A DNA stretch of 60,190 nucleotides from a virus (IMGVR_UViG_3300046786_000688:1-60190); one strand, 5' to 3'. Positions 36,528 through 46,071 are shown, numbered from the stretch's first letter. Numbers and translations are program-made. The notes: generated from the sequence alone by a model not told the origin.

Positions 36528-36929
36528 ATGGCCTCGTTACAGCATATGGTCTCTTTAATTGAGATGAACCAGTATCCTTTTGCATGTGGAGTTTGCTTGA
36601 ATCGGTTTTTGACGGAAAAAGAGGCCGATCATTGCCGAAGCTCCCATGCAATTTCTGTGGCTCCTAGTATAGAGGATACGTTAAAGGAACGCGGTAAAAG
36701 GTATGGAGAGTTTGAGGGACATGCAGAAATCTCTCAAGCTCTCCAATCCGTAATGCGAGCCGCTGAGAAGTGGGAGAAACTGAAGCCGGACCAGAAAGAA
36801 GCTCTCACAATGATAGCTCATAAGATTGGTCGGATACTAAATGGCGATCCAGATTATCACGACTCATGGCATGACATCGTTGGGTATACAAAACTTGTAG
36901 CAGATAGAATCTTAAAAGAATCAAAATGA
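36528..36929 (+). CDS. DUF6378-like phage protein
   Basis: TLKERGKRYG, MIAHKIGRILNGDPDYHDSWHDIVGY. Confidence 0.7.
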   Translation: MASLQHMVSLIEMNQYPFACGVCLNRFLTEKEADHCRSSHAISVAPSIEDTLKERGKRYGEFEGHAEISQALQSVMRAAEKWEKLKPDQKEALTMIAHKIGRILNGDPDYHDSWHDIVGYTKLVADRILKESK

Positions 36930-38119
36930 CCGAACAAAACCACGGAACAAGAGCTCATTCAAAGCTTGGAGGCTCAAGTGCTCACAGATGGACTAACTGC
37001 CCAGGTAGTGTGTTCTATCTTGACGAGCTTCCAGAGCAGCCGCCAAGTGAGGCATCAATCGAGGGCACACTCGCGCATGAGATAGCAGAGATAAAGCTTG
37101 ATGCATTTTTGCAGCGTAAAATCTCTGGAGAAGAGGTAGAGATTTTTTACAAAGAAGATATCACCGATGAAATGAAAGACGGCGCAGACTTTTATTGCGC
37201 TTCCATTTGGAATGAGCTCCTAGAGGGCGCAGTAACAGGTAAAGCCTATGGTCTGGAGGAACGGTTTACAATTGACGAGCATCTCGATATGGGAGGTATC
37301 GTTGATTTTTGGGCTGTCTATATTGACGACCGAGCTAAGAGGTGTGGAGTTGTTGGAGATTATAAGTTTGGGTTCACTCCTGTCGTTGCTAAAGACAACG
37401 CCCAATTAGCTTTCTACGCTGTCGCTTTGCGTAAAGAAATGCAACGCGCAGGAAAAGATTTAGATATCGTATACGGCGCTATCATTCAGCCTCGTACAGC
37501 AACTCCTTTTCAAAAAGTTAAGTTCACTGCAAAGCAGCTTGATGTATGGGAGAAAAAGTTCTTTCAATCTGCAGAGCTTATTTTTGTAGAGAAAAAGCCA
37601 AAGTTTAAAGTCGGCGATTGGTGCAAGTTCTGCCAAGCAAAGGCTATCTGCAAAGAATATACAACGAAGCTTAAAGGTACTACTGCACTAAAACTAATCG
37701 ACCCAGAGGATGTGAAGCTCCCAGTGCCAGAGACTATGAGCAAAGAGTCACTGGTAAAAGTACTGCAGCATTACGATACGTTAAAAGACTTTATCGATGC
37801 TTGCTACAGCTACGTACTCGCTCAAATGAAGACCGGCAAGAAATTTCCTGGCCTTAAAATGGTTGAAGGAAAGAGCCGCAGGAAGTGGGCCGAGGATGAT
37901 CAAGCTATAATTAAAGGGCTCGTTAAGCATGGCATAAAGCCCACTGAGGAGAAGCTAAAAAACCTCACTACAATTGAGAAAGAGTTAGCAAAGATTTACG
38001 ACAAAGAAACCGCAACGGAAATTCTAGCTGTTCATGTAGAAAAAACTGTACCGAGTATCTCTGTTGTAAACGAGAGTGACCCACGGCCTGCCGTGAAGAA
38101 CTTGGTAGATATGCTATAA
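36926..38119 (+). CDS. Cas4-like PD-(D/E)xK exonuclease (DUF2800-type)
   Basis: SSAHRWTNCPGS, GTLAHE, DYKFG, QLAFYA, WCKFC...C. Confidence 0.85.
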   Translation: MTEQNHGTRAHSKLGGSSAHRWTNCPGSVFYLDELPEQPPSEASIEGTLAHEIAEIKLDAFLQRKISGEEVEIFYKEDITDEMKDGADFYCASIWNELLEGAVTGKAYGLEERFTIDEHLDMGGIVDFWAVYIDDRAKRCGVVGDYKFGFTPVVAKDNAQLAFYAVALRKEMQRAGKDLDIVYGAIIQPRTATPFQKVKFTAKQLDVWEKKFFQSAELIFVEKKPKFKVGDWCKFCQAKAICKEYTTKLKGTTALKLIDPEDVKLPVPETMSKESLVKVLQHYDTLKDFIDACYSYVLAQMKTGKKFPGLKMVEGKSRRKWAEDDQAIIKGLVKHGIKPTEEKLKNLTTIEKELAKIYDKETATEILAVHVEKTVPSISVVNESDPRPAVKNLVDML

Positions 38120-38137
38120 ACTATAAGGAAATATAAA

Positions 38138-38851
38138 ATGACCAATAAAAAGTATTATAAACATCCCTCATACGGGACTACCTATGGAGAGAGCGTACCG
38201 ACACCACAAGGAAGGTTCGCTTGGCCCTATTTAACCAAGCCAAAAGATCCACCAAAGGGGAAAGATGGTACAGCTGGAAATGCTAGGTACGAGATTGTTC
38301 TTGTGATGCCAAAGAATAATCCAAAAGTTCAAACCTTTCTTGACTATATCAAGACTGAAACAACCGAGATGCTAAAGACCTTTAATGAGGGCTCGAAAGC
38401 AAAGATTGCAATCGATACGTACCTGCAGGACGGAGATAACTATGATGCAGAGAAGTATCCATACTATGTTGGAGCATGGGTATTAGTTGCACGTAACGTT
38501 AAGCTCCCAACGATTGTTGATGATGCCAAGGGCGAAATCGAGCCAGGTAGCATCAAAGGTGGTATGATTGGAAAGCTAATGGTGACTCCTTTAATTACTT
38601 CACATGGGCTGTCGTATAAGCTTGAAGTCGTGCAGTTCTTAAAGGACGACGGCACTCGTTTCGCAGGTGGTAGTGGAAGAGATATGTCAGCACTGCTAAA
38701 TGCTCTGGATGATGAGGACTCAGCCGATGCTGCAGAAGAGGAAACTGAAGTAGAGGAAACTCCAGCCGCTGCCGCAGCTCCTGCACCTAAAGCTCCAGTA
38801 GCGAAAGCTGCTGCGCAAAAAGGAAAGGCTGCAGCTCTAGCGAGACTGTAA
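38138..38851 (+). CDS. ssDNA-binding protein (DUF2815 / T7 gp2.5-like)
   Basis: GRFAWPYL, LQDGD, VQFLKDD, acidic C-terminal region; lies between nuclease and polymerase genes. Confidence 0.75.
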   Translation: MTNKKYYKHPSYGTTYGESVPTPQGRFAWPYLTKPKDPPKGKDGTAGNARYEIVLVMPKNNPKVQTFLDYIKTETTEMLKTFNEGSKAKIAIDTYLQDGDNYDAEKYPYYVGAWVLVARNVKLPTIVDDAKGEIEPGSIKGGMIGKLMVTPLITSHGLSYKLEVVQFLKDDGTRFAGGSGRDMSALLNALDDEDSADAAEEETEVEETPAAAAAPAPKAPVAKAAAQKGKAAALARL

Positions 38852-38891
38852 AGATTTCTCCTTGATGTAAACACATAACCCAGTAAGTTTT

Positions 38892-38918
38892 TGCGGCTTT
38901 TCTTACAAAAAAGCCGCA
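38892..38918. terminator. Hairpin upstream of the DNA polymerase gene
   Basis: tgcggctttt / aaaagccgca 10-bp stem. Confidence 0.5.
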
Positions 38919-38925
38919 TCTTAAA

Positions 38926-40752
38926 ATGAAACCATACTTCAAAGTTAAGTTCCAAACCACTGAATACGATGCTGCTTATATTACTGAATACAGTGCAGCA
39001 ATTCTTGCGCTAAATAACTTATCCGGCGCTTCATTAATCGGTATTGATACCGAGACAAAACCTAAGCCTGAGTATAGGCATGATCCTCAAGCAGGGCTCT
39101 CTGCTCATTTAGGAGAGATATCCTTAGTCCAGATGTTTGACGGCACGAATGCGTACGTAATCGACATGGAAAAAGTCGGTAAAGAGTTTGTGCATATGCT
39201 GGTGCGATTTTTAGAACGAGAAAGATTCGTTGCACATTACGCGCTATTTGACCTGCAATTCTTTATGCAGCTTGGCGTAAAGACAATGAACATCGGCTGC
39301 ACTCAGATACTAACCAGGCTTTTATATCACGCAATGTACCCAACAGATGACGGGCTATCTGCAAAGCTTGCCGATGTCATCAAGATATTTTTTAAAGAGG
39401 ACATAGTTAAGACCCTGCAGACTTCAGACTGGGGAGCAGAGCTTACGTTTGAACAGGTAGAATACGCAGCACTGGACGCTGTGGCCGTGTATAAACTTGC
39501 CGAGAAGCTCGTTAAAGGTCTTAACAAGTTTGGGCTAGAGCGAATCTATAAGCTCACCAGGGAAGCGCAGTTTCCTATAGCTGCCATGCAGATAAACGGT
39601 TTTAAGTTCAATGTCGAGCGGCATAAGACTTTAATCCAGCAATGGAGAAACGATTTATACGAAGCTAGAAAAGAGCTCGTTGAGCTGACCGGCATGCAAA
39701 GCTTTAACAGTCACAGCATCGCTGAATGGTTAGAGAAAAATTTAACTGCAGAGCAGCTAGAGATTTGGCCTCGCACTGAATCGGGAAAGCTTGCTACAGA
39801 TGCGCATGTATTCGCTGACTTCTCATACCTACCAATCGTAAAGCCTTTCTCGAAGTTTCAAAAAGCGCAAAAGCTTACTCAGACCTACGGCCAGCCGCTG
39901 GTAAATATGATTAACGAAGCCACCGGCAGGCTGCATCCAAGGTTTAATCTTTGCGGTGCAAGGACTGGAAGGCTTAGCTGCAGTCAGCCAAACCTGCAGC
40001 AAGCGCCACGAGATAAAGATTTTCGCTCCTGCTTTATTCCAGATAAAGAAAATATGCTGGTTAGAGCAGACTTTAATCAGATAGAAATTCGAGTCGCTGC
40101 TGAGCTTTCCCGCGATGAGATGATGCTAAAAGCCTATCGAGAGGGCATCGATATCCATGCGCTTACTGCAAGCCAGGTATCAAAAAAGAAACTAACAGAG
40201 GTCACAGATGCCGAGCGGCAGATGGCAAAGGCTATTAACTTTGGATTCATGTTCGGTCTTGGCGCAAAGAAGTTCGCTCACTACGCAAAAAAGTCATACA
40301 AGGTAGAAGTCACGGAAGAGCAAGCTTATGACGCAGTAGATACGTTTAGGACTACTTACGAAGGCTATCGAGAGTGGCAGCTTAAGCAGTCAGAAGCCGC
40401 AGGTAAGAGCATGGCAGTTAGAACACCATGCGGGAAGCTCCGAATGCTTCACACGGATAACTGCTACGGCGCATCGATGAATACGCCTGTCCAGGGAGGC
40501 GCTGCAGAGTGCATGCTGTATTCCTTGGTGTTTCTATATCACGCAATCATTGGAGCCCCAGAGCTTGGGGCAAAGATAGTGAACTGCGTACACGATGAAA
40601 TTATCGTTGAATGCCCTGAAGAGAACGTAGGAGCTGTCTCAAAGCTAGTGGAGCTTTGCATGACAGATGGGTTTTTAGCTGTGTTTCCTCAAGGTATAAC
40701 TAGAGGAATTGTTGCTGTGTCCCACGGAAGAAATTGGAGCGATGCAAAGTAG
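38926..40752 (+). CDS. polA: DNA polymerase, family A, with 3'-5' exonuclease
   Basis: DTET, FDLQF, YAALDA exo motifs; TGRLSC, DFNQIE, KAINFG, HDE. Confidence 0.95.
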   Translation: MKPYFKVKFQTTEYDAAYITEYSAAILALNNLSGASLIGIDTETKPKPEYRHDPQAGLSAHLGEISLVQMFDGTNAYVIDMEKVGKEFVHMLVRFLERERFVAHYALFDLQFFMQLGVKTMNIGCTQILTRLLYHAMYPTDDGLSAKLADVIKIFFKEDIVKTLQTSDWGAELTFEQVEYAALDAVAVYKLAEKLVKGLNKFGLERIYKLTREAQFPIAAMQINGFKFNVERHKTLIQQWRNDLYEARKELVELTGMQSFNSHSIAEWLEKNLTAEQLEIWPRTESGKLATDAHVFADFSYLPIVKPFSKFQKAQKLTQTYGQPLVNMINEATGRLHPRFNLCGARTGRLSCSQPNLQQAPRDKDFRSCFIPDKENMLVRADFNQIEIRVAAELSRDEMMLKAYREGIDIHALTASQVSKKKLTEVTDAERQMAKAINFGFMFGLGAKKFAHYAKKSYKVEVTEEQAYDAVDTFRTTYEGYREWQLKQSEAAGKSMAVRTPCGKLRMLHTDNCYGASMNTPVQGGAAECMLYSLVFLYHAIIGAPELGAKIVNCVHDEIIVECPEENVGAVSKLVELCMTDGFLAVFPQGITRGIVAVSHGRNWSDAK

Positions 40753-40754
40753 TG

Positions 40755-40783
40755 TTTACAGAACAAAATTTTATTGTTAAGCT
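40755..40783 (+). promoter_or_regulatory. Possible sigma70-like promoter
   Basis: TTTACA-17 bp-TAAGCT with TGn extension. Confidence 0.35.
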
Positions 40784-40786
40784 TTA

Positions 40787-41002
40787 ATGATGCTGCTTTC
40801 AACTAGAAGATTTAAAGATACTCAGTGCAAGAAGCGCTTCACGCAGCGCACTTGGAAAGAGAAACTTCTATTTTGGAAAGACTATTATTACTATGTGCTG
40901 GTTGAAATAACACCAGACAGCCCGGAGTACGCTACTGCCCCATTTCAGGAGGTAATTTATGTAGATACTGGGCCATTAAAAAGCGAGTTGTATTTACAAT
41001 GA
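40787..41002 (+). CDS. Hypothetical protein
   Basis: ATGA overlap with the next gene. Confidence 0.5.
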   Translation: MMLLSTRRFKDTQCKKRFTQRTWKEKLLFWKDYYYYVLVEITPDSPEYATAPFQEVIYVDTGPLKSELYLQ

Positions 41003-41394
41003 AAAAGAAAAGTTCGACGCTTGATGTATCTGTATTCGATTATCGCGGAGGAACACGTTTTAAAAAGCCGCTTAAAACTGGAACCTCAATTCTGCTTCGA
41101 TATATCTGGCTGCAGCATGGAGGAGTAGATGCTGTAGGACGTATTTTTGAAATGCAGAGTCAGCACTTTGTGAACTGGCAAAGAGCAGGAAAAGTTCCAC
41201 TAAAAAACGTAGGAAAGATTGCGCGAAAGTTAAAGATTAATAAGTACGCGCTTAACTATGACGGAGTGTTTGAGCTTTTAGGAGCTGGTCCGTCATGGGA
41301 GGAAGTAGTAAATCTTGTTGTTAAAGACGAGAAAGCCGCAAAAACTATTTTAAAAGCTACGCCACCTGAGCACTTTAAAGGAGACCCTTTATGA
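40999..41394 (+). CDS. Cro/CI-like HTH protein
   Basis: GGVDAVGRIFEMQSQHFVNWQRAGKVP resembles Cro-type HTH. Confidence 0.5.
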   Translation: MKKKSSTLDVSVFDYRGGTRFKKPLKTGTSILLRYIWLQHGGVDAVGRIFEMQSQHFVNWQRAGKVPLKNVGKIARKLKINKYALNYDGVFELLGAGPSWEEVVNLVVKDEKAAKTILKATPPEHFKGDPL

Positions 41395-42446
41395 TTAAAG
41401 CTCTAGACTATAAAGCTATTGGTAATTACGAAAAAGTCGTACTCGAAGAACATCCTAATGGTTGGGGCGCTGGAGGGTTTGTAAACTTATCAGGATTCAA
41501 GCCCAGTATCGGATCGATAGATAAGCTTTTAGATACGGGTCGTTGCCCATTATTCCGCTATGATCTTACATGGTCCGATAAGAATCATGTATACGACTCT
41601 AGTTTTCGCAGAGTTGTTAAGGCTAGAGCACAAGCAATCAAACCTATAGTTGAAACTCATCCAAACCTAAAGCACTTCGTGAATCCAGTAACGGAGCACA
41701 AGCTTAAAGAAAGAGAATGGCTTGTTTTTGCGGATATTGTAGAACAGGTACTTGGAGAGTCAGTTGAAATTGTAAATGTTCCTTTAGTTCGCTCAGGATT
41801 TGTTTCTAAAAAATATTTAAACGAATACCACGGCGAAGAGAAGACACCACGTACAGGAGGAAGGTACTGTTTCTCTGCAGATGGAACAAGTTTACATGAC
41901 CTGTTTGTTAAGCAGTTTCTAGCCGCATATTCTGAGGCTGTATACTTCATGGGCTGGATACCGCAGTTCAATGGCAACAGAAAAGTTGGAGAGTCGGACC
42001 CTAGACCTAATCGTATATACTGGCCAACCAACAAGCAGATGGATGCTCTAATTTATATTTTAAATAATATTGATGGGAGTGGACGCTTTCCTAGATACTG
42101 TATCGGAAAGAGTGTAAGCGATCAGGCTAAAGGACATAAAGTTCCTGTTGATAAAGACTGCAAGCCTGTGTTTCTTGCGGAACTACCGGCCAAAATAAAT
42201 GCTAAAAAGATCGTACTCAAAGCTGCAAACGGGCAAACAATTGCAACATCTCGTGATCGTATGTCGTGGGACGATGAAGCTAACCACAAGCAGATTGGCT
42301 GGCGCTGGTACTTTAATGAATGGGGAATGGATATCTCAGCAAAAGCCAGACGCTTACAAGACGGCGTAGGTGGTGGATGGGTTATAGCCGATGGTAAACG
42401 AATAGCTGTTTGGGATTTAGCTTTTAGGGCTGGAAAACAGCGATGA
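41391..42446 (+). CDS. Hypothetical 351-aa protein heading the glycan-enzyme cluster
   Basis: Long ORF coupled by ATGA overlaps; no family recognised. Confidence 0.6.
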   Translation: MIKALDYKAIGNYEKVVLEEHPNGWGAGGFVNLSGFKPSIGSIDKLLDTGRCPLFRYDLTWSDKNHVYDSSFRRVVKARAQAIKPIVETHPNLKHFVNPVTEHKLKEREWLVFADIVEQVLGESVEIVNVPLVRSGFVSKKYLNEYHGEEKTPRTGGRYCFSADGTSLHDLFVKQFLAAYSEAVYFMGWIPQFNGNRKVGESDPRPNRIYWPTNKQMDALIYILNNIDGSGRFPRYCIGKSVSDQAKGHKVPVDKDCKPVFLAELPAKINAKKIVLKAANGQTIATSRDRMSWDDEANHKQIGWRWYFNEWGMDISAKARRLQDGVGGGWVIADGKRIAVWDLAFRAGKQR

Positions 42447-43267
42447 TGTACAACCTATCTGCATGCGCCATTGCGCGAAACGAGGGACGATATATCCAGG
42501 AGTGGATAGAGTTTCATCTGCTCCAAGGATTTGAGCATTTCTATATTTATAATAACCAAAGCGTTGATGATACGGTTGCAAAGCTTGATCCATATGTTCG
42601 AGCAGGAGTTGTCACTCTTATAGACTGGCCGGTTAATCCTCCTCAGTTTAAAGCGTATAACGACTGCCTGCATAACTATGGAAAGCAGACTAGCTGGATG
42701 GGCTTTTTTGATATCGATGAATTTATGTATAGCCCGACTGTAGCGGGAGTACAGAAAGCTATTCAACAAGCTCTTAAGCGTACACAGCAAAGAGTTGGAG
42801 GTATAGCTGCACATTGGCTGCTGTTTGGGGCAAACGGACATGAAAAGTATACGGACCAGCTCGTTATTGAACGATTTAACAAGCGCCAAAAGAACGTAAA
42901 TCATCATGTAAAATCCATTGTGCGGCCTGATGTTACGATAGGTGTAGGCCATAATCCGCACTACTTTGTATTTAAGCCTGGATACATCGCTATCGATGAA
43001 AACGGAAAGCGTTTAGCAGACATGTACGGTATTACCGAAAAAGGCAGCGCAGGAATATTTAGAGTCGCTCACTTTCATGTAAAATCTAAAGAAGAATTCT
43101 TTAAGCGAAAGAGAGAAAGCCCTGACCCAGGACACGGCAGAGGCTACACCGATGAGAAAATCGCTGAGATGTTTCAGGTGCATAATGTTAACGAGGTAAT
43201 AGATTTAAGCTTGCAGCGGTATGCAAATATCATTCGACGTAATCTTGAAGCAAGGAAACTACTCTAA
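42443..43267 (+). CDS. Glycosyltransferase (GT-A fold; GT92/GT2-like)
   Basis: CAIARNEGRYIQEWIEFH, HFYIYNNQSVD, FFDIDEF, HVKSIV. Confidence 0.85.
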   Translation: MMYNLSACAIARNEGRYIQEWIEFHLLQGFEHFYIYNNQSVDDTVAKLDPYVRAGVVTLIDWPVNPPQFKAYNDCLHNYGKQTSWMGFFDIDEFMYSPTVAGVQKAIQQALKRTQQRVGGIAAHWLLFGANGHEKYTDQLVIERFNKRQKNVNHHVKSIVRPDVTIGVGHNPHYFVFKPGYIAIDENGKRLADMYGITEKGSAGIFRVAHFHVKSKEEFFKRKRESPDPGHGRGYTDEKIAEMFQVHNVNEVIDLSLQRYANIIRRNLEARKLL

Positions 43268-44169
43268 TGGCATCTACTTATAGAGGAATGCAGTGCGCCC
43301 CTCTTCCTGCTGTGCAGGATGTTGAAGACCTGCTTTCTTGGAAAGCTAATATCATTCGGTATCAGATAACAGGAAATCCAGATTTCATTGGCCCAACTGA
43401 GCAAGATTATATTGACTGGGTTAATATCCATCTAGATTATCTGGAAGAATCAATTCTCCCAATGCTCGCTGCGAGAGCCAAAGTCATTATCGACCTGCAT
43501 ACTCCTCCATACGGATATGAAGCCAACGGTACAGCTAAAATATTTGCAAGCCGTCCAGATGGTAGAACTCTTTTGTACGATATGTGGCGAGAAGTGGCGC
43601 ATAGGTTTAAGCATCAACCGGCTGTGTTTGGTTATGACCTGTTGAACGAGCCTGCCGGAAGTACCGCGCACGTAGCAGACTTTATGAAAAAAGCTGCCGA
43701 TGCGATTCGAGCTATCGATAAAGATAAGCGCATATTAATTACCTGTCCTCGTAGTATCCCTTCAAACTTTGCTAAGACTTACTTTAGAAAAAATGATTCA
43801 AGATGCCTGTATGTTTTGCATATGTATTCTCCTTTACCTATTACTCATCAAGGGATAGGAGGACGGCCTTCACCTAAAGCTTATCCTACGCCAAGATATA
43901 ATTATGCTTGGATGTTAAAAGCTTTAAAGCCCGTACTAGATTTTCAAAAAAAGAATAGAGCTCGCATCTGTATGAATGAGTTTTCTATTTCTGGTTTTGC
44001 TACTGGAGAAAGCAGGCTTGCGTACTTAAAAGACGTAATCAAGATAGCTGAAAAGTTTAACTGGCAGTGGTGTTATCACGCATGGAGAGAACATCCAGTA
44101 TGGTCTGCGGAGAATGACGAAGGAGTAACAGCGCTGTTTAAAAAGTATTTTAACAAGAATAAGGTATAA
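43267..44169 (+). CDS. Glycoside hydrolase family 5 (clan GH-A)
   Basis: IIDLH, YDLLNEP (acid/base), HMY, MNEF (nucleophile), WCYH. Confidence 0.85.
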   Translation: MASTYRGMQCAPLPAVQDVEDLLSWKANIIRYQITGNPDFIGPTEQDYIDWVNIHLDYLEESILPMLAARAKVIIDLHTPPYGYEANGTAKIFASRPDGRTLLYDMWREVAHRFKHQPAVFGYDLLNEPAGSTAHVADFMKKAADAIRAIDKDKRILITCPRSIPSNFAKTYFRKNDSRCLYVLHMYSPLPITHQGIGGRPSPKAYPTPRYNYAWMLKALKPVLDFQKKNRARICMNEFSISGFATGESRLAYLKDVIKIAEKFNWQWCYHAWREHPVWSAENDEGVTALFKKYFNKNKV

Positions 44170-44171
44170 GT

Positions 44172-45206
44172 ATGTCCGATAAAATCACGCTAATCACCTG
44201 CACTGGTGGCCGTCCTGAAGCTTTCGAGCTATGCCAAAAATACATGGAAGCTCAAACCGTTCAACCGGACCAGTGGATTGTGGTACATGATATGATAACA
44301 AAAGCGCAGGCAAAGGAGCTTCAAGCGTCTTACCCACAGTTAGAGCTTTATGCTGGCCCTCGTACATGGAAACCAGGGCTCAATACTCAGCGCTTTAATA
44401 TGGAAGAAGCTCTAAAACATGTAGAAGGTGATATCGTTTTATTTATTGAAGACGATGATTTCTATGCACCAGAATATATAGAGACAATGGTTAAGCTCCT
44501 TCAGGGCGAAACATTGATCGCAGGACTATCCAATAACAAGTACTACAACCTAGCTATTCCTGGCTGGAAGGAGATGGGTAACTACAGGCACTCATCGCTT
44601 TGCACTACTGCAGTTAGAAAAGCTTTACTTCCGATGGTTCAAGCGGCTGTAGATTCAGGGGAGCTGTATTTTGATATGCACCTTTGGGCATCGGCATTAG
44701 CTTCAAAGACTCCTATGATGCTTAAAGCCAATAGCACAGTTAGTGTTGGAATTAAGGGACTCCCAGGAAAAGCTGGGATTGGAGCAGGGCATAGATTTTC
44801 AGGTTTCGCAATCGATCCTAACCTGTTAAAGTTAAAAGAGTGGCTGCAAGAAGGCGCACAAACGTATATGCCTTATATCAAGAAGTTCTCAGATTTACCT
44901 GCCGCTGTTCAAGCTGCTCCTGCAAAACCTGCAGCAAAGACAGTTGTTAAACCGATACAAGCTCCAACTCCTGCAGCTAAAACTGCTCCAATAAAAGCTA
45001 AAACTCCTGTGAACGTACCAGTCAATACTGTGCGTCCACAGAATATTAAGCCTCCAATGGGTGTGCCTGCAGCGGCACAGAGCCAAAGAGCTGCAATGGC
45101 AATGCTTCCACAGTCTCCTGGAATGAATCCGCAAAGTGCTGAGCTTACTCAATCAGTAAATACGTACCCTACTGGAGAAAGGTCTCAGGGAGAGATTTTT
45201 AAATAA
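44172..45206 (+). CDS. Glycosyltransferase (GT2-like) with low-complexity C-terminal tail
   Basis: TLITCT..RPE, QWIVVHD, FIEDDDFY; P/A/K/Q-rich tail. Confidence 0.8.
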   Translation: MSDKITLITCTGGRPEAFELCQKYMEAQTVQPDQWIVVHDMITKAQAKELQASYPQLELYAGPRTWKPGLNTQRFNMEEALKHVEGDIVLFIEDDDFYAPEYIETMVKLLQGETLIAGLSNNKYYNLAIPGWKEMGNYRHSSLCTTAVRKALLPMVQAAVDSGELYFDMHLWASALASKTPMMLKANSTVSVGIKGLPGKAGIGAGHRFSGFAIDPNLLKLKEWLQEGAQTYMPYIKKFSDLPAAVQAAPAKPAAKTVVKPIQAPTPAAKTAPIKAKTPVNVPVNTVRPQNIKPPMGVPAAAQSQRAAMAMLPQSPGMNPQSAELTQSVNTYPTGERSQGEIFK

Positions 45207-45213
45207 GTAACTT

Positions 45214-45366
45214 ATGCCATTAACGCCTAAAGGAAATAAAATACTTAAGCAGATGCTTAAGCATTACGGTTCCAAGAAGAAAGCCGAGCAGGTTTTCTAT
45301 GCCTCCATCAATGAGGGAAAGATTAAAGGCGCAGAAAAAACCAAAAAGCGGAAGAAAAAGAAGTGA
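45214..45366 (+). CDS. 50-aa basic microprotein
   Basis: Hand translation MPLTPKGNKILKQMLKHYGSKKKAEQVFYASINEGKIKGAEKTKKRKKKK; GTGA overlap with the next gene. Confidence 0.7.
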   Translation: MPLTPKGNKILKQMLKHYGSKKKAEQVFYASINEGKIKGAEKTKKRKKKK

Positions 45367-45779
45367 AAGCCGACCCCTGTATAAAGTATATAAACTTTCA
45401 GGGGGAATCGATTCACCTCGTTAAGGACATGCACGATGGTCTTTGGCGTTCTTCAGATGGGTCCATCTGGGCATTCGCTGATGATACATTCTCTTTGGAT
45501 AGAAAAGTGCGCCCTGGCGTAGGCTTTTTCTCGTGGCGCAAATGGTGGCCCTGGTATAACGAGCTCACCGATGCAGTAAGAACCCATGATTACGTTTACT
45601 CTTCTCCTGCATATCAAGCATTCAATACCCGACAAGAAGCAGATGCACTTTTAGAAAGCCACGTTAATGCGATGGCAGATACTATTAACAGCACAGGATT
45701 AAGGATACTTGCTAAGCCGTTTAGAAAATTAGCTGAATGGTTTGGTGGCAAGTACTGGGAAAATGAAACCACCAGATAA
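45363..45779 (+). CDS. DUF1353-like protein
   Basis: AVRTHDYVY...TRQEADALL motif. Confidence 0.5.
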   Translation: MKADPCIKYINFQGESIHLVKDMHDGLWRSSDGSIWAFADDTFSLDRKVRPGVGFFSWRKWWPWYNELTDAVRTHDYVYSSPAYQAFNTRQEADALLESHVNAMADTINSTGLRILAKPFRKLAEWFGGKYWENETTR

Positions 45780-45918
45780 CGAGGAAGGCAAAGGTAGTAT
45801 GGGAGCCAAAAGGTGAAGCCACCTAGAGGATACAACCGGCCACACAAGGAGTGTGTCGTCGGCCCTGAAAATTCCATAATGGTTTTGTGCCCCCAGAACC
45901 CTTCCTTCCTCGTTTTTT
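45778..45918 (+). ncRNA. Candidate structured RNA, unclassified
   Basis: Five or more nested helices filling the intergenic gap; G-U pairs favour the plus strand; U-run after the closing stem. Confidence 0.6.
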
Positions 45919-45934
45919 ATGACAGGAGAATTGT

Positions 45935-46051
45935 ATGGAAAAAATGATAAATAAAATGATAGGAAAAGCTCAAGCTAAAATGGCAGGCAAAAAGAAGATG
46001 GTAAAGAAAGCTGCCAAGAAAGCTGGAAAGAAAAAGAAAGGTTGCGCGTAA
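45935..46051 (+). CDS. 38-aa Lys-rich microprotein
   Basis: AGGAG SD; MEKMINKMIGKAQAKMAGKKKMVKKAAKKAGKKKKGCA. Confidence 0.65.
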   Translation: MEKMINKMIGKAQAKMAGKKKMVKKAAKKAGKKKKGCA

Positions 46052-46071
46052 TCTTTTAAAAGGAGCGTGAT

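Noticed and set aside
36926-38119. Cas4-like gene as a CRISPR-Cas component
   Set aside because: No array or other cas genes; it sits in the usual nuclease-SSB-PolA replication module.
45778-45918. Match to c-di-GMP-I or cobalamin riboswitch, or hammerhead ribozyme
   Set aside because: Only fragments are present (GGCAAA, GGUG...GCCCCC, CUGA); the required spacing and conserved cores are missing.
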